Shown here in pieces: positions 1 to 11,384 of a stretch of 64,000 bases of DNA. A program made the translations under genes and the position numbers. This DNA is from Heteronotia binoei (taxonomy: Eukaryota): contig NC_083233.1 of the NCBI RefSeq assembly GCF_032191835.1, forward strand, positions 41,044,001 to 41,108,000. The letters run 5' to 3'. Numbering within the stretch: position 1 is the stretch's first letter; every line of letters begins with the position of its first letter. Under the pieces are notes generated by a model. That model ran no database searches. It had not been told where the DNA came from and was given only the letters and a program-made list of their open reading frames with translations.

Positions 1-635
1 ACCAGGCCCACCCTGAAAACAAGATAAAATAATTTGATACTCCAAAACAGGGGAGGAATTCAGAGGAGAAGAAATGTCAGAAGCATCCCAGACATCTGCC
101 CCAAATGTGTAACAAAGTTTTGCTTACATTGGGCAGATTTATACAACAGCATAATCTAGTGATTACATGCATGAGATGTTATCACATGGAAAATGATCCA
201 CTGTGGCACAGTAGTTAGAGTGTCAGACTCAGACTTAAAGGTGTACAGCAAGAAAAAAAATCATTATAATTTGTGATCTGGACTGTGGGGGGATTTTCCC
301 CATGACTGGCGATTTTCAGGTAGGACATTACCAGTTTGGGATTCAAATCCTAGTAGTTCAGGACCATCATTTTCAGTGAGGATTGCATATGACAGCTTGG
401 TGCAGCTGTTTATATAAAGATAATGGCACCACATCTGCTCAGTCCTTCCTGGAATCCAATGCTCCCTTATTTTCAAGCAAATTGAACAAAAGGGTTCAAT
501 TCTACAGCCCCCAAAGTAGGGGGCTGCACAACTCACAAATCTTTCTACTGATTCCTAAAATGGTGGCCAACCAGCAACCTTGCAGGAAAGCTCTGGCTGG
601 CAATGGCACCCCAATTTCCACAAGTTGCAACTTGC

Positions 636-770
636 TGGTGTAGTGGTTAGAGTGTCAGACTAGGATCTAGAAGACCCAGGACTGAATCCCTACTTTGCCT
701 TGGAGGCCTGCTGGGTGACCAGTCATTTTCTCTGAGCCTACCTCACAGGGTTGTTGTGAGAATAAAATTG
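636..770 (+). mobile_element. tRNA-derived SINE (Squam3-like), partial
   Basis: A-box-like TGGTGTAGTGG and degenerate B-box GGACTGAATCCC, followed by the CTGGGTGACC...CTACCTCACAGGGTTGTTGTGAG body shared with the copy at 32649. Confidence 0.7.
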
Positions 771-1729
771 AGAAAACAAGAAATATGTAATCTTGCCTTG
801 GAGTTTCTTCCTTTGGGGAGAAATGTGGGGTATACGTTACATAAACAAAATTTTAAAAAATAAGCCCAGGAAACATCACATTTGTGTCTGCAGGGAGGAC
901 CTGTTTGGAATAAGTTGCCTCTATCACAGCCTTGTGTGGCTTGGAGCCACCTAATATTCTGTTGAAACTTTCAGTGTTTTATGATTGTACCTATCCTTCA
1001 TGACAGTCGTTTTGTCTGTGTACTCACAACTTGTTCTCAAAATTCCAAAGGTATTCATAACTGCAACATGGTAAGGAACAAACACACTAACATTTTGGTG
1101 TGATTGCTTTAACCTACGAAATACAAGGAGGTTTGTTCATTCATCTTTCAAGAGTGTTATGCCCCCCCCTCCAAAACTGATGTATTTTATGTTTCAGTTA
1201 ATGATCTGTCTTCAGCATTTATTGAATGGAAGTGTAGATAGCTTCTAATATAATAATAAATAATAATTTACCTGAAAAGAAAACCACTTTAAGTATTGGC
1301 CTCTCTTATGGGAATTAATACTGTAAAACTTCCAAACCTGAACATTCCCCCTGCATTCAAATTTTAATTCCCTCATACAGGCTCTCTCCCATTCTCTGGT
1401 AAGATCAGAGACTCAAATAGATTATTAATCTGCTTTGTGATTAGCATAGCATATGTGTGCTTTGCTCCAGCTGTCATGTTTAAAAAGGTATAAGAATACA
1501 TTAGAAACTGAAAAGGCTTTTTGGTGAGGTGATGTATAATGTAAAATATTATCTAAAATGATAATGTTTCCCACATTTTTGCTATTTGGGTTGAAGGAAA
1601 AGGATTATATTTTTGACATAGCCTCTTAATATATTTTTTCTTATTTTCCCCCCTTTCTCCTGCACTCCTGGGGCTGCTTCTTATAGGTATGTTGACCAAG
1701 GGATTGCAGAATGCAACATCAACTGTTGG

Positions 1730-1918
1730 CAGGGCTTTTTTTTTTTTTGAGCAGGAACGCACAGGAATGCAGTTCAGAGGGTGTGGCGTAATATGCAAAT
1801 TAGTTTCTGCTGGGCTTTTTCTACAAAAAAGTCTTGTGTCAAACAATGGTGACATCAGAGGGTGTGGCCTAATATGCAAATGAGTTCATGCTGGGCTTTT
1901 TCTACCAAAAAAGCCCTG
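1730..1918. mobile_element. Non-autonomous hAT MITE (189 bp)
   Basis: TIRs CAGGGCTTTTTT / AAAAAAGCCCTG; perfect 8-bp TSD ACTGTTGG (1722-1729 and 1919-1926); internal ~55-bp duplication. Confidence 0.85.
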
Positions 1919-2958
1919 ACTGTTGGTATATGTGAATGAGTTCCTGAGAGTAGTTTCTCCCCACTCCATTCGTATGTTGTCTCTTAGTGCACTGCATACT
2001 GATCCTCCTTAATTCCAGTTTTATGAGGTATATTTTTCAACTGAATTCTGGAATTAATACACAAGATGTACCCCAGCCCCTTCCCTGATCCCCACAGGTT
2101 ACCATGACATGTTTATGCATCAATGAAATACTGCAATAAAACAATCCAGGTGTATGCAGGATAGCACAGAACAAAAATGTAGAGTTTTTCTGAGATATAT
2201 CACAGTAAAGAGGACCTTGATAAAACTGTGCAATCATCAAGATTATTTTTGCAGTGCTTTATCAATGAGCTTGTTCTGATCAGCAACACTAAAGTAGAAA
2301 ATTCATATCAACTGAAGGAATTGAGAGGAAAACAGCACTCCATGATCTCTGAAGAAATGTCAGAAAGGTGTCTCCCCGCCACTTAAGAAAAATAAAACTT
2401 TGGAAAATATCAGTAGTTCAAGACTAGAGATAAGACTAGAGCTTACGTTTGAGTAGCTACATAGAATGGCATGGATAGTAATTAAAAAATACAAAATCCA
2501 GAAAGAAATCTGACGGAGGAGATTTTCAGAAGCATTCCTGTGAATAAGTCACTATAGGAAAACCTCTTATATTGATCTATGCAACAGTATTTGAGGCAGA
2601 AAGTTCACACATGCAGCTACAAGTTGAGAGGTGCGATGTATTGAAATGATACAAGTGATGCATGAGTTAGTCCTGTGCTTGTCACCCTGACATATGCATA
2701 AATATACAGAAGTGATTCAGATAACCATACATCACATTGCGATACATGTACCTTTGCCATTTTGTGATCTCAGAATCAAACAGCAACCTTCATAAGGGAA
2801 TGAGCCATTAAATGCCTATGGCAGACATTTCATATTATTGCAAATGCAAACACGTAATACTTTTAAGCCAAGCCTATGTACAAACCATTAAGGATTACCA
2901 GGGATTGTAGAGTTACCAGGGATTGTTGCACAGAGGCAGTTCCTAAGTCTGACCTATT

Positions 2959-3140
2959 ATCGCCCCCTTCCCAGCCAGGCCGGCATTGCCGGCTAGAGGC
3001 TGGGGGCCGCCGTTGCCCTCCCAAAAGGAGGGAAGGCTGGCCCCGTCATCTCCAGCATCCGGGGAAGGCTTTCTGAGCGTGGTGTCAGGGCTATAAAGGC
3101 CCCGGCTCCACCCAAGACTGCACAGTTTTCTTCGGTTCTC
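2959..3140 (+). repeat. Ngaro terminal repeat A1
   Basis: 182-nt direct repeat of 8120-8301 (about 22 mismatches by hand count); contains TATA-like CTATAAAGG near 3091. Confidence 0.9.
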
Positions 3141-3551
3141 AGAGGGAGAGCATCGTCGGGGTTTCTCTGCTCGCGCGGTTGGGCCTGGGCACAGCGGCGC
3201 GTGCGAGGGGAAGTGGCTACGACACGTGCAAGGGGCAGCAGCTATGGACGCTTGTGAGGCGTGCTGGGGTCCTTGCGCGAGCAGCAGCTTCGAGTGCGGG
3301 TTTTTTTGGAGCAGTTTGGTGCAAGCGGGGAGTTTGAAGAGCAGGGTGCTCCTGGAGGCAGGAAGTGGTTTTAGGGCGCAGGGGCCAGGCCGGAGGTCTA
3401 TTCTAACCCCCCTTCCCCCAACCCCCCCTGGGGGAGGCAGGAGTGTGCACTCACACCCTTTCCCCCCCTCCTCTTGTGGGTTAATAGGGTGGTGGGTGCT
3501 TAGTATAGGTGACTGCTTATCCCACCCACCCCCCAACACAATACATCATGT

Positions 3552-4538
3552 ATGGCTGTGTCTCCGCCTGGGCAGCCGCCCCCTTCAGGGCAATACAATC
3601 AGGCAGAACCTTCTTGGGCTTGGGGCGCACCATGTGCACCGCTTCAAAGCCAGAACATTGTTGGGTCTGCGCCACAGCTCCCTTTGCAGTCAGCGGCTAC
3701 GCCAGCGTCGCAAGGAGCCTCTACTTCCCAAGCAGCACCAGGTGTGTTGCCATGGGGCGGGCAGCAACAGTTGCTGCAACAGGGGGCATGGCCGGGTCAT
3801 CATTGGGGTGTATGGCATTATCCACCGAATCCTTATGGATCTATACCGTTCCAAGTCCTGCCATATGGTGACATCGCATTACCCTTGGGTGATCATTTGG
3901 CAGCGACCACCCGGGATAAGATATTGAGGGGTGAATATGTGGATATTTTCAATCTCCTATTTAGAGAGGTAGAAAAGAAAGATAAAGAGGAGCTAGATGA
4001 TAAGGAGAAGCTGAAATATAGAAAGGTGGACAGGACGTGGGCCAATTGGCTGCCTGGTTTCTTGATTTATGTGGGGGTGATTGCAAGGGAGCAACCTTTA
4101 TGGGCTGCCGCCCTTTTTCAATATTGTGACATAGTGCACCATGCATATACGGACTTCGTTGGTGCTGCGTGGTTGCAATATGACGAGGTCTTCAGAATGA
4201 GGGCCACGGTCAATCCCAGTCTTCCCTGGGATTAAATTAATCAGCAGCTCTGGCTGCAGTTGATGTCCCCGATGAAGCCCAATACAGGTGATAGGGCTGA
4301 TAGTGGGCACTTGGTGCACAGGCAACAGAACACGGTTGGTGCCCGCAGTACGGCAGGCCAGTCGGTTCAACCCCGGCTGCTATGCTGGGAATTTACCTCC
4401 AAAGCCGTGTGTGCTAGAAAAGCATGTAAATTTAAACACGAGTGCCCGCTATGCGAGGGGTCATGTGCCTTCTCAGCTTGCAGCAGGTCAAAAGCCAAAG
4501 GGAGTGCCAAGCGCCCCAGTGGTGGTAGCAATCCGTAG
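3552..4538 (+). pseudogene. Ngaro gag-like ORF1 (premature stop at 4233-4235)
   Basis: LPLGDHLAATTRDKILRGEYVDIFNLL and WLQYDEVFR motifs typical of DIRS/Ngaro gag; continues in frame after TAA into a Cys/His-rich knuckle (CWEF...C..KACKFKHECPLC). The true start may lie further upstream. Confidence 0.8.
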
Positions 4539-6152
4539 CCGCCTGGAAAAGGGACCCAGCCCCATTCGTCTGATGTTACTTAGGTGGTGGTTGGGTAACT
4601 ACCCCTTGACTACCAATAGGACCTATTTACTGGAGGGATTTAGTTTTAGATTTAGGATTCCGTATCAGGGACCTAGAGTCCTGTGTATGGTCCCTAACCT
4701 CCGTTCAATGGTGGGGATGGAACACATAGTTAGGGAAAAAATAGCCAAGGAGTGTTTGGAGGGAAGGATCCTTGGCCCCTTTGACTCCCCGCCAGTGCCT
4801 AATTTAAGGGTGTCTCCCTTAGGGGTGGTGCCTAAAAAGGCGCCAGGGGAATACTGTTTGATACACTACTTGTTATACCCCAGGGGCAGCTCCGTGAACG
4901 ATTCCATTCCGGATGTTCTCTGTTTGGTCAGGTATACTTCATTTGACCAAGCAGTCAAAGTGGTGAGGGGTTGTGGTGCGGGGGCTGAAATGGCAAAATG
5001 CGACATTAAATCAACATTTCGCCTGTTGCCAGTACACCCAGAAGATTTTGATCTTCTGGGCTTCTCCTTTGAGGGAAAATATTACATGGATAGGGTCGTA
5101 CCCATGGGATGCTCAGTGTCCTGTGCCGCTTTTGAGCGGTTTAGTTCCTTTGTAGAATGGGTGCTTTGGATTAAGTCTGGGTTGAACAACATGGTGCATT
5201 ACATAGATGACTATCTTTTTGTGGGCTTGGCGGGGTCTGGGCAATGCGCCAGGTTGTTACTGTCATTTGAGGACCTGGCAGGGGAGCTAGGTGTTCCGTT
5301 GGCTCATGAAAAAACTGAGGGGCCCAGTTCGGTGCTTACCTTTTTAGGCATCAAGCTGGACACTATGCAGCAAGCTTCACGGCTTCCTGCGGATAAAGTG
5401 GAAGGTCTGAGGAATTGTTTAGCTGCTCTTAAGAAGCAGCACAAGGTGTCACTTTTGGAACTGCAGCAGTTGGTAAGGCACCTCAACTTTGCATGCAAGG
5501 TTGTTGCGCCTGGGAGGGCCTTTTTGAGGCGTCTGTGTGACGCCATGGGCCCCCTGCAGCTTCCTCACCATAGAGTTCGGATGACCACAGGTATGCGGAG
5601 GGACCTGGAGGTGTCGGAGGAATTTTTGGAATCCTTTAATGGAATTTCATTTTGGCAGGAAGAATTGAAGATAGAAGCGGAGCTCCAAATTTCCTCTGAC
5701 GCACTGGTTTCATTGTATATTTCCGGGGCCACTGGTGTGCGGAACAGTGGCCCGATGCATGGTTGGCCAATGGTCTCTGTTGTGACCTCACCTTTTTGGA
5801 GTTCTTTCCCATTGTAGTGGCAGTTTGCCTTTGGGGAGAGCAGCTGGCCAACCATACAGTTCATTTCTGGTGTGATAACATGGCGGTGGTGCATGTTATC
5901 AACTCCTTGTCATCTAAGTCTCCAGTGGTTATGAATCTGGTGCAGGCATTCACGTTGCGATGCCTTCGTTTGAATATTCTATTCCTGGCAAGGCATGTTC
6001 CGGGAGTGTGCAACGGGGTGGCAGACGCTCTATCTCGTCAACAGATTGAGCATTTTCGCCAGCTTGCTCCAGAAGCGGATCTGCAGCCAGCACAAATGCC
6101 ACTGGACCTTTGGCAGCTTGGGAAGCCGAAGCAGGTAGGGCAATTTGATTAG
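4288..6152 (+). pseudogene. Ngaro reverse transcriptase / RNase H (frameshift near 5700)
   Basis: SPLGVVPKK, AKCDIKSTFR, PMGCSVS, HYIDDYLF; RNase H LEFFPIVVAV, WCDNMAVV, VADALSR in a shifted frame. Recognisable homology begins at about 4545. Confidence 0.92.
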
Positions 6153-7032
6153 CTCTTGCATCAAGCACCCGGAAAGCTTATGATAGGGCGGTTGCGCAAT
6201 TCCGGGTTTTTAGGAGTGCGGCCGGGCTTTTGGATAGCTGCCCGGTCCCAGTGGCGCATATTTTACAATTCTGCATTCATCAGAAGGGCAGAGGGTTGGG
6301 ACTTAAATCAATTAAGGGACAATTGGCTGCACTTTCATTTATTAGTAAATCGCAGGGCCTTGCTGAGGGCACTGGCAACTTTAGAGTTAGGAACATGCTG
6401 GAAGGTTGGGCAAGGGAACGTGGACCGCGGGTGTATGCACGACAACCCATATCTCCTTCATTGTTGAAGGGGCTGCACAGGATCTGGCCTGATGTATGCT
6501 TATCTTCCTTTGAGGCCGCACTTTTCCATGCGGCCTCTTTGGTAGCCTTTTTCGGCGCACTAAGGATCAGTGAGTTGGTGGCGCAGTCAAAAAAGGATAC
6601 CTCTGACCGGGCGCTTCAGGCCAAGGACATCAAGTTTGAAGGGGGACAAGCTCAGCTGGCAGTAAGACGGTCCAAGAAGGACCCGCATCAGAGGGGCATG
6701 GTTATTATAATTGGTCGGTGTGTATCACCAGAGCTGTGCCCTGTCACTGCCTTGGAGCAGTATATACTGCTCAGGGGTGAGGGTGATGGCCCCTTGTTTC
6801 GCCATAATGGGGGTTCCCCCCTAACTAAATACCAATTTTGAGCAGTGACCGGTAAGATACTGGCGAAGTTGGGTTTAGGGGGGGGGGGGTTAACTTTGTT
6901 ACGCATTCGTTCTGAATTGGTGCTGCATCCACCGCAGCAGCTATGGGCTACACCCCTCTGGCCATACAGTGGTTGGGCCGTTGGCAGTCGTCAGCCTAAA
7001 GGTCATATGTACGCCCGTTGGCCTTTCAGTAA
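6119..7032 (+). pseudogene. Ngaro tyrosine recombinase (stops at 6146, 6839, 6913, 6997; frameshift in G-run near 6880)
   Basis: LASSTRKAYDRA, GALRISEL, RRSKKD, THSF*IGAAST, LGRWQSSA*RSYVR give the R-K-H-R-W-Y tyrosine recombinase signature. Confidence 0.9.
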
Positions 7033-7090
7033 GGTCTGGGGGAGTAGGCAGGTAGTAGTTATGTTGCTCATTGGCATGTATTTTCTGGGT

Positions 7091-7113
7091 TGTGACTCTT
7101 TTTTGTTTTTCAG
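7091..7113 (+). promoter_or_regulatory. Candidate 3' splice site (branch-like TGTGACT, polypyrimidine tract, CAG) preceding the hydrolase ORF
   Basis: TGTGACTCTTTTTTGTTTTTCAG|GT lies immediately before the SGNH frame, which has no ATG upstream of its GHS motif. Confidence 0.5.
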
Positions 7114-7740
7114 GTGCTGTGGCTTGTAGTGAGAGGCGTCGAATCTTCATCTGTGGGCACAGTATGGTTTTTCTGGGCTGCCCAGCAGGCCAGAAGATCG
7201 CCAGCTGGTACCCAGCTGGGCCTCTGTGAGTGGGTAACGGTGAAGTGGCTGGGTTGCCGTGGCCTGTGTTGACCAGGGATCATGCCACTGTTGTTCCATG
7301 GGAGGAGTGCTCCTCCTCCACACATTCTGTTTATCCACCTTGGTGGTAATGTCCTTGGGTTCATGAAAAGGAAGGCCCTTTTGTTGCAGGCACGGGAGGA
7401 TCTGCAGGCCACTGAGTAGAGATGGCCAGGGGTTCTTTTGGTGTGGTCAGCAATTCTGCCATGCCGAGTCTGGCAGTATGCGCTGTCCCCAGCTGGGATA
7501 GAGTGCGGCAGACGCAAGGCCAATAGGGCCTTGCAGAAAGTCATGGAAGAGGGTTTAGGGATATTTCTCCCCCATCCGGCTATACAAGTTGAGAACGCCA
7601 CCTTGTATAGGCCGGATGGGGTGCATTTATCGGAGCTGGGTAACCGGGCCTTTTTGGAAGAGATTAGGCTGAGGTTGCCATCCAGTGGGCGCAAATGCCT
7701 AAGCAGAGGCTTGGCATTGGCGGTGGCGGTGGCAGGATGA
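7114..7740 (+). pseudogene. Ngaro SGNH/GDSL hydrolase-like ORF (extra T near 7170, two internal stops)
   Basis: Block I IFICGHSMV, block III IHLGGN, block V RPDGVHLSELGN. Confidence 0.82.
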
Positions 7741-8119
7741 GGTATGGGCTACAGTGTTTGTTCAGGGGAACACCTATGGCCCTGCACTAGTAGGTACAAG
7801 TGGTCTGTATAAACTGCAGATGGGCTGTATGGCTCAATGCTGGGAGTGCAGATCACGGCAAAGCCTCACCAGGACAGATCTTTCCAGAGGGATTGATGCT
7901 GGCCTAGGTGGAGGTGGAGTTTGGGCCTGGCTGCTCAGCACCAGCCAGAATGTTGGGCTCGTGCTGGGGGCAGGGTGGCTCGCCCTTTAAGGACAAGGCG
8001 GGGTCCTGTCCTGTTAGGCCTATACCCCTTGCCGTTCTAGTTGATTAAGTTATCTTTAATAAAGCGGCCCAGTTTATCCAACACACTGTCAGCCTCTTCA
8101 TTCTGACTGGGGGGGCAAT
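7731..8119 (+). repeat. Ngaro repeat B1
   Basis: Direct repeat of 8469-8878; lacks a ~20-nt segment present in B2; contains AATAAA near 8057. Confidence 0.9.
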
Positions 8120-8301
8120 ATCGGTCCCTTCCCAGCTGGGCCGGCATCGCCAGCTAGAGGCCGGGGGCCGCTGTTGCCCTCCTGGAAGGAGGGAAGGCTG
8201 GCCCCGTCATCTCTGGCATCTGGGGAAGGCTTTCTGGGCGTGGCGTCGGGGCTATAAAGGCCCCGGCTCCGCGCAAGACTGTGCAGTTTTCTTCGGCTCT
8301 C
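8120..8301 (+). repeat. Ngaro repeat A2
   Basis: Direct repeat of 2959-3140 abutting B1 (junction CAAT|ATCGG). Confidence 0.9.
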
Positions 8302-8468
8302 GGCCCGCCCGCCCTGTAGCAGTACAGATTATCACCGGTCGCCTTATTAGGGGCCAGGTAGGATTTTTTTCATTTTCACAGAATTGGCTCATGTGAATTT
8401 ATTTTTCGCCTACCTTGTACTGCTGGTTAGTGTTAGGATGTTGGGCAAGTTTATTAGTTTGGTCGCTG

Positions 8469-8878
8469 GGCAAGATGAGGTATAGGCTACAGTGTTTGTT
8501 CAGGGGAGCACCTATGGCCCTGCACCAGTAAGTGCATGTGGTCTGTATGAACTGCAGATGGGCTGTACGGCTCAATGCTGGGAGTGCAGATCACGGCAAA
8601 GCCTCACCGGGGCAGATCTTTCCAGAGGGATTGATGCTGGCCTAGGTGGAGGTGGAGTTTGTGCCTGGCTGCTCAGCACCAGCCAGAATGTTGGGCTCGT
8701 GCTGGGGGCAGGGTGGCTCACCCTCTAAGGACAAGGCAGGGTCCTGTGGTTGACCCCGGGGCTTGTCCTGCTAGGCCTATATCCCTTGCTGTTCTAGTTG
8801 ATTAAGTTATCTTTAATAAAGTGGCCCGGTTTATCCAACACACTGTGTCAGCCTCTTCATTCCGACTGGGGGGACAAT
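8469..8878 (+). repeat. Ngaro terminal repeat B2
   Basis: Direct repeat of 7731-8119 ending GGGGGGACAAT; AATAAA near 8815. Confidence 0.9.
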
Positions 8879-9462
8879 GCACTTGCAATCACTTTCTTGG
8901 CATCCTGACCATATAGCCAGTTTTAATTGAGTCAATTAGATTATATTTGTGTCTAGAATTCCATAACTCCCCCCCACTTTTGACAAACTGCTTGCTTCTC
9001 TGGATCTGTCCCATTTGAACCTAAAAGCATGCCACAAAAATAATGTTAATTCCTTTAAGCTTTTTCTGCCCCCAGCCTTGTGAGCCCTGTGTTGGGTCCA
9101 AGGTCAGTTTAAATCAGTTGAAGGATGGACATCCTCTGGTTTCAGTTGAAGGATGGACATCCTCCCTCATTGCAAACAGGACTCTTGCTCTCTACTCTTA
9201 TAATGATGGGTTCTTTGGATAGCTTCCATTGTCCATGGATTTAATTGTCTGCCGACTAAGCAACAGCAAGGAGTTTTACCTCTCAGGGACTCATGAGGGG
9301 AGGGGATGTATACTTCCTTCCTCTTTTTCATGGCTTCCACCTCCCTCTTTTCATGGCTGAGGAGTGATTTGAAACCAAAGTCTTTCCAAGGATTAGCCCA
9401 ACAATAACCTCTCCACCACAATGCTCTCGAGACCATTTGGGGACATAGCAGATGATCACATG

Positions 9463-9625
9463 AAGCTGCCTTATAATGAACCAGACCCTTGATTAATCAA
9501 GATCAGCATTTTCTATCAGACTGGCAGCGGCAAGCCAAGGTCTCAGCAGAGGTCTTTCACATTGTCTACTTTCTGGTCCCTTCAAATGGAGATGCCAGGG
9601 ATTGAACCTGGGACCTTCTGCAATC
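9463..9625 (-). mobile_element. tRNA-head SINE with CR1-like tail, degenerate
   Basis: Homologous to 31450-31655 (GAAGCTGCCTTATA...GGGATTGAACCTGGGACCTTCTGC on the + strand). Confidence 0.65.
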
Positions 9626-10889
9626 AAAATGGTGAGTTTTGTTGTGAAAACCTTCTCACGCGAAAGCTATCACTATTCCACTACTGTACAGTAGAGTTAT
9701 TTTCTTTTGGTGCGCACTGAGTTTTATGAGGCCCTATTTGGGAAGTCTACTGTCCAGGATGAGCTGTCAATGCAATCTAGAAGTGTCCCAGCATCCTTTG
9801 CAATTTACAGGGATTCCTCTACAGGCCTGTTCATGTGGGCAATGCAGGAAGTTTGACAACCACAGTTGCAAACATTGTTTTCTATCCAATTCTTCATCTA
9901 TAAAGAAATCTCTGAACAAATGTGCACACTGTATCAAAAGTAACACACTTATTATTCCAGGCCATCTGTAGACTTGAACAGAAGTTAATAATTATCAAAC
10001 TACTGAACAGATGCATATAATTCAGAATTAAAATTAGGCTTTTATTTCCATCCCTCCACCCTTTAGACTTGTGGGTATTCTCTCTTAATAGCGATAGTTT
10101 CTTCCCAACTGACTACACAAAGAAAATTCTAAACATATAAGTATTCAATTTTAATGAAGGATAAAATATATATCAATAGCATTATTAGCCTATGGAGGAA
10201 AAAGCAGACCTGTTTCTAAAGAACATTTCTAGAGGATGGATTGAGACCATCTGGCGGAGTTTAATGCTTTATGCTGGAGAAAAAAAAATCTGCTTTCTTT
10301 CCTCCCAAATACTCAGTTCATATTGTTAAGTTTAAATCAGCTCTCAACAAAATGGATGGAATGGGCCACCAACTTGAAATCTGCTTAGACATAATAACCT
10401 TCAACAGCTGCACAGATATAAGCAATTGGTTACATGGTCCAATTACAAACATGGGGGTTTTTTGTGGGTTTTTTTGGTCATCTTCTCCAGGGATGGATGG
10501 TTTTTCTCACAATATAACATCCAGTGAGAGGAATAAGAATCCTTCTACACTCACTAATTCAGGCACCACACTCTGTACTTTCCTTTGCTGCCATGATTTC
10601 ATGGTACACCATAAGAAGAGGGATAATTCTTGAAGGTGGTTAGTTTGAGCATTTGCACAAGCCACAAGACCAGCAAATGTCAGGACTGAAGGGATTAAAA
10701 CAGCTCAAACAATTGAAAGAGCAAATATTTCATGATACACAGGATAATTCAGTGGCAATGTCAAATCTGAGCTGGAACAGGCCTTGTAGTTCTCGACTCA
10801 GTTTAGAAAATCAACATATCTGAAAGATGACCAACCTCTGCTTGGACATCCTTCTCCTAGTGTTCCACTGGGAGGGATGATGACATGTT

Positions 10890-11040
10890 ATGCTTGATCA
10901 GATCTTAGAAGCTAAGCAAGGTCAGTAGTTGGATGAGAGACTACCAAGAAAGGCAATGGTAAACCAGCTCTGCTCCTGACTTGCATTGAAAGACTGTTGC
11001 TGGAGTTGCCATTAGTCATTGCCATTTGACAGCACATATG
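10890..11040 (+). mobile_element. 5S rRNA-derived SINE (5S-Sauria-like), degenerate
   Basis: GATCAGATCTTAGAAGCTAAGCAAGGTCAG...TTGGATGAGAGAC matches the 5S internal promoter region, followed by AAGGCAATGGTAAACC (Sauria core). Confidence 0.6.
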
Positions 11041-11384
11041 CATGCAATATGCACTGAAGTTTACTTTAGACTTAGAATGGTGTAATTCTCTCCAGATTTG
11101 CATGGTGAGTGAAAGATTTGGCCAAATCCAACCCTATGTCTCCTTGGCTGGTTTCCATTGCCAAGACCATGTGGCAGGAAAGGTCAGTGATAGGTGAAAC
11201 CTGCAAGAGGAGATCACTCAATAAAAGATCCCTGTACTTCATGTGCATTTATATGGCAGATTTGCCCAGATTTTCCACTCATAGCAAGACATAAACTGTT
11301 AAGGATTGCTGGATTTGCCTAAGTGACTTTCGCCTAAGTGATTTTCACCATCATGTTAACTGACAGAATAGCACCAGAAATGCC

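Larger units (their letters stand above)
2959..8878 (+). mobile_element. Ngaro-type tyrosine-recombinase (DIRS order) retrotransposon, full-length, decayed
   Basis: Split direct repeats A1...B1-A2-spacer-B2; gag, RT (YIDD), RNase H, YR and SGNH hydrolase remnants in order; no TSD. Confidence 0.92.

Noticed and set aside
3226-3927. Long alternative-frame or antisense ORFs over the Ngaro, Gypsy and LINE elements
   Set aside because: They are shadows of GC-rich TE coding frames with no independent domain signature.
2959-8878. Classical DIRS1 or LTR retrotransposon assignment
   Set aside because: The termini are split direct repeats, not inverted repeats with an ICR; there is no methyltransferase, protease or DDE integrase.
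10480-10560. SPGMDGF as an L1 RT remnant
   Set aside because: Isolated short motif with no supporting flanking motifs.
10890-11040. Functional 5S rRNA genes (also 41663 and 63645)
   Set aside because: Partial, heavily mutated 5S sequence fused to SINE bodies.
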